A stretch of 64,000 nucleotides of DNA from Desulfatiglandales bacterium (GCA_963666345.1 OY762721.1:1888001-1952000), one strand, 5' to 3'; shown: positions 20,042 to 29,403, numbered from the stretch's first letter. The notes: generated by a model not told the origin, from the sequence alone. Translations and numbers: made by a program.

Positions 20042-21466
20042 ATGGCAAAAACTGAAAATATCCGCCCTTTAAAAGGGAAACAGTTCAGACTCGTAAAATT
20101 TTTCGCCTATGCCAGCTTCATCGTCCTCGCCCTGGCCAGCTTTCCCTTCTCCGTTGTCATATCTCAGCAGGCAAAGGATCTTCTCACAAAAAGCTACGAA
20201 AACTACGCCCTTTTTCTGGGTGAGAACCTCAACCACCAGGTATTTCAAAACTTTGTCATTCCTGTGACTATGCGTTTCGGGCAGATACGGCTTAGGGAAA
20301 AAGAACAACATGATCTGATGGACCGGATAGTCAAAAACACCACCCATAGCTTTAAGATGGACATGGTCAATATCTATGACATAGGCAAAGGTGTGGTCGC
20401 CTACAGCACGGACCCGGAGATTGTGGGTAAAAAGGTATCTGAAAATCCCGGCTATCTGTCGGCCGTAAAAGGGAAAAGCAGTTCCAGGCTTCTATCAGAG
20501 GAAGAAAGTCTCTGGGGCCTTGGCCTGGACCTGATCGGAGGAGAAAAAAAACTCAGGACCTATATACCATTTCGAAAAATGGGATATATGGCAAATGAAA
20601 AGGGTTATGTGCTCGGGGTGTTCGAACTGATACAGGACCTGACAACAGAGTACAAGTCGACAGTGAGACTTCAGTATGTCATATTCGGGCTTTCGCTACT
20701 TATAATGGGCTTCATATTCATCGCCCTCTTATTGATTGTCCATAAGGCCGAAAACATCCTGGAGCAAAGGGCAAGGGAGCAAAGAGAGCTTCAGGCTCAG
20801 CTCGATCAGGCCGAAAGGCTTGCAGCGCTAGGTCAGATGTGCGCCGGAGTATCCCATGAAATCAGAAATCCTCTGGGGATTATAAGAAGTACTGCAGAAC
20901 TGCTCGGAACGCTGCCTGACGCACAGGAAACCCAGAAAAACTTATCAGGCGTCATAGTCGAGGAGTCAACAAGGCTCAATAACATTGTTACCGAATTCCT
21001 CGATTTTGCGAGGCCTTCTGAACCCAATCTTCAGGACTGTTATCTGGACGAGATCATAACTAGGAATCTCTCCTTTCTCGGGCCTCACCTGGCTAAACAT
21101 GGAATCATCGTCAACAAAGATCTCAACCGCCCCCTGAGGATAAATGCCGACCCTCAACTCCTGTACAGGAGTTTCCTTAATATTCTCATGAATTCCGTGC
21201 AGTCCATGAAACAGGGAGGCGAAATAACCATAGAAGTAAACGAAGATGAAGAAAATTATATCCTTGCTATAAAAGATACCGGTTCCGGCATCCGTGGGAA
21301 AGACCTCGGTAAGATATTCAACCCTTTTTTCAGTACAAAGGATGAAGGCAGCGGGCTGGGACTTCCGATTGTGAGAAATATTATCGAAGGCCACAGGGGA
21401 TCGATCTGGATCGAAAGCGATGAAGGTTCAGGAACCATGGTCTTCATTAAACTGCCCCGTGCCTAG
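20042..21466 (+). CDS. Membrane sensor histidine kinase (NtrB-like)
   Basis: Two TM segments, SHEIRNPL H-box, DTGSGI, FNPFFSTK, GSGLGL. Confidence 0.95.
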   Translation: MAKTENIRPLKGKQFRLVKFFAYASFIVLALASFPFSVVISQQAKDLLTKSYENYALFLGENLNHQVFQNFVIPVTMRFGQIRLREKEQHDLMDRIVKNTTHSFKMDMVNIYDIGKGVVAYSTDPEIVGKKVSENPGYLSAVKGKSSSRLLSEEESLWGLGLDLIGGEKKLRTYIPFRKMGYMANEKGYVLGVFELIQDLTTEYKSTVRLQYVIFGLSLLIMGFIFIALLLIVHKAENILEQRAREQRELQAQLDQAERLAALGQMCAGVSHEIRNPLGIIRSTAELLGTLPDAQETQKNLSGVIVEESTRLNNIVTEFLDFARPSEPNLQDCYLDEIITRNLSFLGPHLAKHGIIVNKDLNRPLRINADPQLLYRSFLNILMNSVQSMKQGGEITIEVNEDEENYILAIKDTGSGIRGKDLGKIFNPFFSTKDEGSGLGLPIVRNIIEGHRGSIWIESDEGSGTMVFIKLPRA

Positions 21467-21480
21467 GTGGAGCGCATACT

Positions 21481-22845
21481 ATGGAAACAATTCTTATAGT
21501 GGACGACGAAAAAAATTATCTGGTGGTTCTGGAGGCGCTGCTTTCACCGGAAGGATATGAAATACTTACCTGTCAAAACGCCAAAGATGCATTGGAGCTT
21601 ATAAGGAACTCCGATCTTGATCTGGTCATTACGGACATGAAGATGCCCGGCATGAGCGGTATGGAACTGCTGAAAAGCTGCAAAGCCATGAAATCCGAGC
21701 TGCCCGTAATAATAATGACCGCATTCGGTACTATCGAAATGGCGGTTGAGGCGATGAGAGAGCAGGCCTATGATTACATAACCAAGCCGTTTCAAAATGA
21801 AGAACTGAAGCTGACCGTAAAAAAGGCCCTGAAAAACTTCCGCCTTGTAAAGGAAAACATACGGCTCAACGAGGCACTGACCGACAGGTTCAAATATGGG
21901 AATATGGTCGGCAAAAGCTCACCCATGCTCAAGATATACGATATCATCGACAAGGTTGCCCAGTCAAAGGCCTCCGTGCTAATAACCGGACCCTCCGGAA
22001 CCGGAAAGGAACTGATAGCAAAGGCCATTCACTATGGAAGCCCGAGAAAGGATGAACCCTTTATCTCCATAAATTGCGGAGCACTCACGGAGACCCTCCT
22101 TGAAAGTGAGCTGTTCGGCCATGAGAGGGGTGCCTTTACAGGGGCCGTGGCAATGAAAAAGGGGCGGTTTGAAATGGCGGACGGCGGCACCCTGTTTCTT
22201 GACGAGGTGGGTGAAATGCCTCCCCCCCTGCAGGTAAAACTGCTGAGAGTTCTGCAGGAAATGGAATTTGAAAGGGTTGGAGGTACAAGATCGATAAAGG
22301 TTGACGTGCGTGTTCTTTCAGCATCCAACAGAGATATCAAGGACGATGTCTCAAAAGGCGTTTTCCGGGAAGACCTCTTTTACAGGCTTAATGTCATTAA
22401 AATCGACGTGCCCCCTTTATGTGAAAGAACGGATGACCTCCCCCTGCTTGTAAGGCACTTTATTCAGAAATATAAAGAGGAAGGTTCGTCGGAGACATCA
22501 GGATTAAGCCCTGAGGCGTGGAAGGCTATTTATTCATATGGCTGGCCCGGAAACGTCAGGGAGCTTGAAAACGTCATTGAAAGGGCGGTAGTTCTCAACT
22601 CCGGAGGCACCATTTCGGCTGAAGACCTGCCTGATGAACTGACCGGCGCTGAAACCGAATTTGATGTGGACAGATTCGTCCCTGTAAATATACCTCTTCC
22701 TGAAGCACTTGAAAGGATTGAAGAAAAACTGATAAGACGTGCACTTTCCCAAAACAAAAATATACAGGCCCATGCTGCAAGGATGCTCGGAATTACAAAA
22801 AGCCTGATACAGCATAAAATGAAGAAGTACAATATCAATGTTTAG
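21481..22845 (+). CDS. Sigma-54-dependent response regulator (NtrC family)
   Basis: REC domain (VDDE, TDMKMP), GPSGTGKE, GAFTGA, WPGNVRELEN, HTH. Confidence 0.96.
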   Translation: METILIVDDEKNYLVVLEALLSPEGYEILTCQNAKDALELIRNSDLDLVITDMKMPGMSGMELLKSCKAMKSELPVIIMTAFGTIEMAVEAMREQAYDYITKPFQNEELKLTVKKALKNFRLVKENIRLNEALTDRFKYGNMVGKSSPMLKIYDIIDKVAQSKASVLITGPSGTGKELIAKAIHYGSPRKDEPFISINCGALTETLLESELFGHERGAFTGAVAMKKGRFEMADGGTLFLDEVGEMPPPLQVKLLRVLQEMEFERVGGTRSIKVDVRVLSASNRDIKDDVSKGVFREDLFYRLNVIKIDVPPLCERTDDLPLLVRHFIQKYKEEGSSETSGLSPEAWKAIYSYGWPGNVRELENVIERAVVLNSGGTISAEDLPDELTGAETEFDVDRFVPVNIPLPEALERIEEKLIRRALSQNKNIQAHAARMLGITKSLIQHKMKKYNINV

Positions 22846-22923
22846 CGGTTTAAAATATTGTATCCATGTTTTTACTGTAAATTCAAAGCGTTAAACCGAA
22901 ATAGCAATCCATGGGCGATATTG

Positions 22924-22941
22924 GGTACAATATTTTGTACC
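22924..22941. promoter_or_regulatory. Palindrome, candidate UAS for the NtrC-family regulator
   Basis: GGTACAA-TATT-TTGTACC about 100 bp upstream of the sigma-54 promoter; IHF-like ATTCAATAGATTA at about 22998-23010. Confidence 0.55.
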
Positions 22942-23036
22942 TTTTATGCCCAGGCAAAAAAGGGTCACGCCTGACATCCTGCTTAAATATTCAATTAATT
23001 CAATAGATTACCAATTTACCGCAAAATAAAGAGGGA

Positions 23037-23054
23037 TTGGCAGGCATATTGCAT
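23037..23054 (+). promoter_or_regulatory. Sigma-54 (-24/-12) promoter
   Basis: TTGGCAGGCATATTGCAT, exact GG-N10-GC spacing. Confidence 0.8.
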
Positions 23055-23063
23055 AATCTATTG

Positions 23064-23123
23064 TCAGTCAAATTACTCTTTCCTCCTAAAAAACCAACCG
23101 TCCTTAAGGGCGGTTGGTTTTTT
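23064..23123 (+). ncRNA. Candidate sigma-54-dependent small RNA (~60 nt)
   Basis: No start codon between promoter and terminator; CU-rich CTCTTTCCTCCT precedes the terminator stem. Confidence 0.6.
23088..23123. terminator. Bidirectional rho-independent terminator
   Basis: AAAAAACCAACCGTCC-TTAA-GGGCGGTTGGTTTTTT. Confidence 0.85.
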
Positions 23124-23192
23124 ATACCCTGCTCCAAAATGCGCCACATGCTGAAGCCGCAAGATTTTATCCAATCGGCCTGTATGCCGGCA

Positions 23193-24077
23193 TCAATAGC
23201 CCAGATTTCGAAGGATCCTCGAATCTCTGCTCCAGTTTCTGGACACTACCACTGTAAGATCAAGAAAGATCCTGCTTCCGAATATCTGTTCAAGCTCCTT
23301 CCTGGCCGAGGTGCCGATCTCCTTTATGTTTTCACCTCTGCGGCCGATAAATATCTTCTTCTGAGACTCCGTTTCCACATGTATGCGTGCCTTAATTGAA
23401 ACAAGGTTTCTTTCAGATGCCTCGCCAATGGTATCAACAGTCACGGCGGATGAGTAGGGAAGCTCTTTTTTCATTCGCAGATAGATCTTTTCTCTTATGA
23501 TTTCAGAGACCATAAAGGACTCGGACTGATCGGTTTCCATATCAGGGGGGAAAAACTGAGGTCCCTTGTCAAGTCTTGACCTCAATTCATCAACAACGGC
23601 GTCAATACCCTCTCCATTCAAAGCGGACACAGGCAAAAAGGCCTCAAAAGGAAATTTACCCCTGTAGTGATCAATAATAGGGAGGAGTGCCTCTTTCGGC
23701 CTGATATCGATCTTGTTGATAACCAGAAGGCAGGGCTTTTTCAGGTCACGCATCCTCCTTAAAATATTGGATGATTCCTGATCAAAGGCCTTTTGGGTTT
23801 CTATCATAAGAAGGAGGATATCGACCTCATTGAACGCGGCGTATGAGGACTCCACCATGCTTTTGTGGAGAGCCGTCCTGGGCCTGTGGATACCGGGGGT
23901 ATCCACGAATACGATCTGGGAATTCTCCCCGTTCAAGATCCCCATTATCCTGTTGCGGGTAGTCTGCGGCCTGGCAGAGACAATCGCAAGCTTTGCGCCT
24001 GTAATTCGGTTTAAAAGCGTCGATTTACCTACATTAGGCGCCCCGAATATGCCGACGAAACCGGAATAAAAGCTCAT
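23193..24077 (-). CDS. era: GTPase Era
   Basis: GAPNVGKS, PQTTR, DTPG, NKID, KH domain; start moved to MSFYSGFV. Confidence 0.97.
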   Translation of the reverse strand: MSFYSGFVGIFGAPNVGKSTLLNRITGAKLAIVSARPQTTRNRIMGILNGENSQIVFVDTPGIHRPRTALHKSMVESSYAAFNEVDILLLMIETQKAFDQESSNILRRMRDLKKPCLLVINKIDIRPKEALLPIIDHYRGKFPFEAFLPVSALNGEGIDAVVDELRSRLDKGPQFFPPDMETDQSESFMVSEIIREKIYLRMKKELPYSSAVTVDTIGEASERNLVSIKARIHVETESQKKIFIGRRGENIKEIGTSARKELEQIFGSRIFLDLTVVVSRNWSRDSRILRNLGY

Positions 24078-25108
24078 AAGCACTCCACCCTGATCGTTCC
24101 CCGGCTGATGGCGGACCCCTCTCTTACATCCGAGACCCTGGCCCCGCTTTTCATCTCTATCCATTTCATCCCCTCGTTTTTGTAGCCTCTGATAAGCGGG
24201 ATGTCTCTCTTGTTTGCATATATCATAATCTCCGAAGCCTTGCCCGGCCCGGGAAGGGACCCGGCCATTCTTACGCGGAATATCTCAGACCTTACCAAAA
24301 ACCCGAAGGCGCAATGCCAGGGGCCTCCCAATATCTGGCCCTTTTCCAGTAGGGATGGGGAACTCATCAGTCCTATCCTTATGACAGGGATCCCTTCCGC
24401 CTCAATTCGCATGCACGCCTTTGAGCAGAGATCGACCGCCTCTTTCAGCTCAAGAGGTTTATACCTTCCGTTTTCATACCATTCAGCCATTTCAGTCCCC
24501 TTTATCACAAGGGCCGGGTAGATCCTTACCATATCAGGTTTAAGAGCGACAACCTTTTCCACCGTCTCGAAAAAGCCTTCGGCACTGTCACCGGGAAGAC
24601 CGGGCATAAGCTGCATCCCGACCCTGAAACCGGCGTCTTTGAGTTTCTCAAACGCATTGATTGTATCAGAGGAACCATGCCCCCGGTTGGTAAGGCTCAA
24701 CACCTTGTCGTCCATAGACTGCACACCCAGTTCCACTGTCTCGACATGATAGTACTTGAGCGTGTCAAGACGTCTGTCCGCAAGCGCGTCCGGCCGTGTC
24801 GAAACACGAATCGTTTTAAAAAGGCCTTGCCTTATATAAGGTTCGGTAGCATTTAGCAGTTCCGTCATTTTGTCAAAAGGCAGTCGTGTGAAGGTGCCGC
24901 CGTAAAAGGCGATCTCCGGATTTCGCTCGGGATCAAAGCCCCTGGAGGCAACGGCCGTGTCCAGGGTTTTCCTCACATCCTGAGCACTCACGGCCCCTGC
25001 CGACCGGGATGTAATCCGCTCCTGTTCACAGAAGATACAGCGATGCGGACAGCCATGATGGGGGATAAAAATGGGAACTATAAACGGTTTCAAATCTCTT
25101 TCAGACAA
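24074..25108 (-). CDS. Elp3-like radical SAM protein
   Basis: GCPHRCIFC, AFYGGTFT, STRPD, VELGVQS, QLMPGLPG. Confidence 0.9.
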   Translation of the reverse strand: MSERDLKPFIVPIFIPHHGCPHRCIFCEQERITSRSAGAVSAQDVRKTLDTAVASRGFDPERNPEIAFYGGTFTRLPFDKMTELLNATEPYIRQGLFKTIRVSTRPDALADRRLDTLKYYHVETVELGVQSMDDKVLSLTNRGHGSSDTINAFEKLKDAGFRVGMQLMPGLPGDSAEGFFETVEKVVALKPDMVRIYPALVIKGTEMAEWYENGRYKPLELKEAVDLCSKACMRIEAEGIPVIRIGLMSSPSLLEKGQILGGPWHCAFGFLVRSEIFRVRMAGSLPGPGKASEIMIYANKRDIPLIRGYKNEGMKWIEMKSGARVSDVREGSAISRGTIRVECL

Positions 25109-25782
25109 AAATACGCAGTTTCCGCTGCCTTTTGTTCTGCCTCCTTTTTACTCTTGCCCTCACCTTCCGAAATAATGTCATCGTTTATGCTGAGGGCGAT
25201 CTTGAATCTCCTGTCATGCGCGGGCCCGGTTTCCTCAAGCAATCTGTATCTTGGAAGCACCTTGTAGAGCTGCTGTGTATGCTCCTGAAGGAGGCTTTTG
25301 AAATCACGGCCTGTCTTTGCCTTTCCAAGGGCCTTCAACTGTGTGGAAAACAATCTGCCGATTATCTCAAGGGTCCGCTCAAACCCGGCATCAAGGTATA
25401 TGGCACCCAAAAGGGCCTCCACGGTATCCGAGAGTATAGAAGGTTTTTCCCTTCCCCGGCTCCTCTCCTCCCCCTTGCCCAGCATCAGAAATTCACCCAG
25501 GTTCAAAGATTCCGCAATTACGTACAGACCTGCCTCATCCACAATCATTGCCCGGAATTTTGACAGCACCCCTTCCTCGGCATCATTGAAAAGTTCCATC
25601 AGGATATGACTCACACCCAGATCCAGCACCGCATCACCGAGAAACTCCAGCCGCTCGTTGTCCTTGAGAGCTGAATCTGGTTGTTCATTTACATAGGATG
25701 AGTGCCTGAAGGCCTGCCCAAGCAGATCCATATCCCTGAATTTGTAGCCAAGCCTTTCACTTAGTTCATTAAATTTTTCCAT
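25090..25782 (-). CDS. rnc: Ribonuclease III
   Basis: NERLEFLGDAVL, EALLGAIYLDAG, dsRBD with GKSKKEAEQKAA. Confidence 0.98.
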   Translation of the reverse strand: MEKFNELSERLGYKFRDMDLLGQAFRHSSYVNEQPDSALKDNERLEFLGDAVLDLGVSHILMELFNDAEEGVLSKFRAMIVDEAGLYVIAESLNLGEFLMLGKGEERSRGREKPSILSDTVEALLGAIYLDAGFERTLEIIGRLFSTQLKALGKAKTGRDFKSLLQEHTQQLYKVLPRYRLLEETGPAHDRRFKIALSINDDIISEGEGKSKKEAEQKAAETAYFCLKEI

Positions 25783-25966
25783 ATCAATTTTCTTGATTTA
25801 AAGGGGCATTGTCTTGGCCCATATGATTTTATTGACCTTTTGCCCTGTCAGCTTTCCTAAATTCTGATTAAAAGTGCCGGTTCTGAATAATATGAATTCT
25901 CCTCTCCTTTTTCAAGAAAAGATAGGAAAAGAATTCAAAGGGCCTCAGCCGCCCAGACGTGCAGCG

Positions 25967-26001
25967 TTATTGGTTATTGGTTATTGGTTATACGTTATAC
26001 G
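25967..26001 (+). repeat. Heptamer tandem repeat (GTTATTG/GTTATAC)
   Basis: gttattg x3 then gttatac x2, abutting repeat copy C. Confidence 0.8.
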
Positions 26002-26322
26002 GAAAAACCGGGAATACACCCTGTCCAGCCTTTTATACCTTTGTTTGTTTACGCGCAAGCGCAGGCGCCGCGGCTCTTTTTCCGGCCTTATCTCACAAAA
26101 AATACCACAGGAACATGCAGTGGCCGCAGACCGCGCTTTCTTCCCGGGAGCCCTATCAGCTTAGGTAATGCATACAAAAGCCCGGGGATGCGGCCACTTT
26201 TCCGTAAGGAATAGAGAAGGCCGGAGAAAGAGTGCCGGTGCCTGTGCACACCGGCTACAGATGCGCGAAAAGAAAAAAGGGGCATGGTTATTTGTTATTC
26301 GTTATACGAAAAAACCGGGAAT
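25995..26322 (+). repeat. Copy C of the ~305-bp structured repeat
   Basis: TTATACG(G/A)AAAAACCGGGAAT at 25995 recurs at 26302 (period 307). Confidence 0.9.
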
Positions 26323-26413
26323 ATGAAAGGCAGACATAAGGGCCGGGCAAAGAGGCTTTCTTTACTTGACTAATCACATTTTTTTTGCTAAGGCTTCACG
26401 TTCTCCATAAGGG

Positions 26414-26971
26414 GTGAAAAATATGCAGAAGAATATCATTCTCACGCAGCAGGGTATTTCAGATATAATTGATCGGATAGCCGAAGAGATATCAGGAAAA
26501 GGCCGCCCCATTGAAAGTCTTGTCCTGATAGGCATCCGTACCGGGGGGGCATATCTGGCCGCCAGGCTTCAGCACGCCCTTTCGACCCTATCGGGTGAAA
26601 CACCTGGCCTCGGCATCCTTGACATAACGCTCTACAGGGATGACTGGACAAGGATAGGTCCCATGCCTGTAGTAAAAAAGACGGAGATCCCATTTTCCGT
26701 CAACGATAAAACGGTCATCCTTGTCGATGATGTCCTGTTCACCGGTCGTACTGTTCGCGCCGCAATAGATGCCCTGATCGACTACGGCAGACCGAAAAAG
26801 ATAGAGCTGGCCGTTTTGGTTGACAGGGGCGTTTCCTTTCGTGAACTTCCGATTATGGCCGATTATGTGGGCGGCCACTGGGACACATCCCCAAAAGAGA
26901 CAATAAACGTCTACCTGAATGAGCAAGGTTTCAAGGACCACGCGGCAATAGAGGGTAAAAAGGCCGCCTGA
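26414..26971 (+). CDS. pyrR: Bifunctional pyr regulator / uracil phosphoribosyltransferase
   Basis: [39 protein letters not shown]. Confidence 0.95.
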   Translation: MKNMQKNIILTQQGISDIIDRIAEEISGKGRPIESLVLIGIRTGGAYLAARLQHALSTLSGETPGLGILDITLYRDDWTRIGPMPVVKKTEIPFSVNDKTVILVDDVLFTGRTVRAAIDALIDYGRPKKIELAVLVDRGVSFRELPIMADYVGGHWDTSPKETINVYLNEQGFKDHAAIEGKKAA

Positions 26972-27062
26972 GCGTACCCACTTATGGGAAAAGGCTCCTG
27001 CCATTCACTTAAATCGCTTTAAAACACTCATAAAAATTAAAACATCCCGAAATGGGGGGTTT

Positions 27063-27455
27063 ATGACCGGTTCCTTTTCAGTTAAAACCGATGCAAGAAC
27101 AGCTATGAAGGATATCACCTCCCTGATTCGCGATGAAATCGAAAAATCAGGGGTGAAAGAGGGGATTTGCATTGCCTATGTGCCTCACACAACCGCCGGC
27201 ATAACAATAAATGAGGGAGCCGATCCGTCTGTGTGTCACGATATTATCGCGGCGCTTGACAAACTGGTGCCTCAGAATGCCGGCTACAGGCATCTTGAAG
27301 GAAATTCCGACAGCCATATAAAGACCGGCATTGTGGGAAACTCTGTGACGGTGATAATCCAAAAGGGCGGGCCGGTTTTGGGGACATGGCAGAGGATCTT
27401 TTTATGTGAGTTCGACGGACCCAGGACCAGAAAGGTAATCGTCAGGATTCAGTAG
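27063..27455 (+). CDS. YjbQ/UPF0047 family protein
   Basis: [35 protein letters not shown]. Confidence 0.93.
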   Translation: MTGSFSVKTDARTAMKDITSLIRDEIEKSGVKEGICIAYVPHTTAGITINEGADPSVCHDIIAALDKLVPQNAGYRHLEGNSDSHIKTGIVGNSVTVIIQKGGPVLGTWQRIFLCEFDGPRTRKVIVRIQ

Positions 27456-27466
27456 GAAAGCGAAAA

Positions 27467-28324
27467 TCAGATCAGTCTAACCGCCCCTGGGTCAAGACCG
27501 GAATCCTTTAACCAGCCCCTGACAGAATCATATAAAAGCTTATAATATCTTTCTATCCCCCCGAATCCGCGTCTTCCAAAATAGTAGTTGATCTCCAGGA
27601 AAAATGCCTGGGGATCTTTCAGCTCAACGGAAAAGACAAGATCTATCGCGGCAAGATTTATCCCTGTCTTTTCAGACAATATCCTGACCTCGTTTTCACC
27701 CTTTTTTTGCAGCTCCGGTTTCCAGAGGTAATCTATCTTTGCGCCACTACTGATGGTTGTGACCCTCTGCTCCTGAAAGCCGGGTTTTTTCCAGTAGGTA
27801 AAAAGCCTTTTGCCGATAATCACAACCCTTAAGACATTTCCCCCTGAAGGGATATATTCCTGCCACAGAAAACCGGAGGAGCGGCTCTTGTCCATCCGGG
27901 AAAGACGGCTTATGGCCCTTTCAAAAGACTCTTCGCCACGGACCAGGAAGACCCCCTTTCCCTCATGGGCCAAATCGGCCTTCAGATAAAAGGGCATAGC
28001 TGAGTTACCCGGCATGCCTTTCCGGAAATAGACCTCGACATCCTCCAAGGATGCCCATGCTCGGCTCACCGGATGCGGCAGATTGTAATCAATAAAAAGA
28101 CGGTTTTGTCCAACTTTACCGGGATAGACAAAGCGCAGGTCATAGTTCGGGAATATCTTGTCGCAGTACCTTTTGCAGATTTCGTATAGAGGCCTCCTGC
28201 TTTCCTGAGGAAGGATGATCGCGTCCGCCTCCTTGATAAGTTCAATATGCCTGGAGGAAAGAGGTTTGTCTCCAAGCAAGTCGGATTCATCGGCTTCAAT
28301 ACATGGGTGAAAAGAAAGAATCAT
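27467..28324 (-). CDS. ATP-grasp (RimK-like) protein
   Basis: HEGKGVFLV, WQEYIP, LRVVIIG, AIDL, FLEIN. Confidence 0.8.
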   Translation of the reverse strand: MILSFHPCIEADESDLLGDKPLSSRHIELIKEADAIILPQESRRPLYEICKRYCDKIFPNYDLRFVYPGKVGQNRLFIDYNLPHPVSRAWASLEDVEVYFRKGMPGNSAMPFYLKADLAHEGKGVFLVRGEESFERAISRLSRMDKSRSSGFLWQEYIPSGGNVLRVVIIGKRLFTYWKKPGFQEQRVTTISSGAKIDYLWKPELQKKGENEVRILSEKTGINLAAIDLVFSVELKDPQAFFLEINYYFGRRGFGGIERYYKLLYDSVRGWLKDSGLDPGAVRLI

Positions 28325-28347
28325 CGGTATGGGCCATTAAAATATGA

Positions 28348-28738
28348 GGATCATCTCCCGATTAGTTGGTGTTAAACAGGGCTAAATAAAGAAATCCTTC
28401 TTATTTAAGCGGCTGAGACCTCGTAGGATTCTTCGCCCTCGCTTGCGCTTTGCTCAGTCCCACTGCTTCGTAGCGGGTTCCCGGTTTCGAGGATTCGAGG
28501 ATTCAAGTGCTCCATTGAAACGGCGGATAACACCGCTAAAGCATAACAAAGAGTTAAAGCTGTTGCAGAAATCCTACGAACGCGTTTCAGGTATATAGAA
28601 TAAATGAAAAATTCTCAAATAACATAAGGTACACGGAGATCAATAAATTGTTAAAAATGCTGACAAAGCCCTTAGAAAACAAACCCTTGAACCCTTGGGT
28701 CCTTGGACCCTCTTCGCCAACTAAGTTGGAGAAGAACC
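28348..28738. mobile_element. MITE-like element with terminal inverted repeats and 8-bp target duplication
   Basis: TIRs 28348-28369 and 28717-28738 (17/22 match, start GG); AAATATGA at 28340-28347 and 28739-28746. Confidence 0.75.
28536..28700 (+). pseudogene. Internally deleted four-helix-bundle (23S rRNA IVP-like) gene remnant
   Basis: LKHNKELKLLQKSYE and EINKLLKMLTKPLENKPLNP resemble the family N- and C-termini; flanked by octamer repeats. Confidence 0.55.
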
Positions 28739-29074
28739 AAATATGAGGACCTTGTGAACCGGGATTTTACCATCCGATTACAGCCCCTTAGACCGCGGCT
28801 CCGGCATGCCCCTCCGAGCACCGGCAAGATGCCGGATTAAAGATACCGGGACGTTACAAGAACGCCTTATGATCTGAAGCGCGCAGATGACCTCTGGTGA
28901 ACCAAAATGAGCCACAATTATTTGACTTTACCAATCCCAGATACTATATTTTCCAGATTGTAAATTCCATGAAAATCAACGATATATCCAAAATCCACCC
29001 ATGGCCTGAATACCGCAGAGCATATCTTTATGGTGGATCAGGGTAATGATACCCTATTATGAAGGAGCTGTTCA

Positions 29075-29320
29075 ATGCCTATATATGAATTCAGGTGTCT
29101 CAAATGCGGGCATCTTTTTGAAAAATTATTCGTGAGTTCAGATGAAGCCGCTGAAGTAACTTGTCCTGAGTGCGCATCCGATTCTTTTGAAAGGGTCGTA
29201 AGCAGGACGAATTACGCCATGGGAGTTGGAAAGGCCGGAAAACAACCGAAACTGACATCCAAATCATGCGGCCCTTCAGATAAATGCATGACCCTTGAGC
29301 TGCCCGGTCCGGCAAAATAG
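29075..29320 (+). CDS. FmdB-family zinc ribbon protein
   Basis: [16 protein letters not shown]...CPEC. Confidence 0.92.
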   Translation: MPIYEFRCLKCGHLFEKLFVSSDEAAEVTCPECASDSFERVVSRTNYAMGVGKAGKQPKLTSKSCGPSDKCMTLELPGPAK

Positions 29321-29403
29321 TCCGCTCACCGTTTAAGTCTTGAAAAATCTCATATCCATGAATTCTTAAACAGTCGAAGTTGAAGAATAGATCTGAAAAA
29401 GAC

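Noticed and set aside
23037..23399. 120-aa plus-strand ORF downstream of the regulator
   Set aside because: Its TTG start is the -24 box itself, it crosses a terminator and it overlaps era in antisense.
15061..26322. Repeat copies as a CRISPR array
   Set aside because: Units are ~305 bp and dispersed, with no unique spacers and no cas genes.
26341..26360. PyrR-binding loop (CAAAGAGGCT)
   Set aside because: Only a partial match, upstream of the likely -35 TTGACT, with no attenuator structure.
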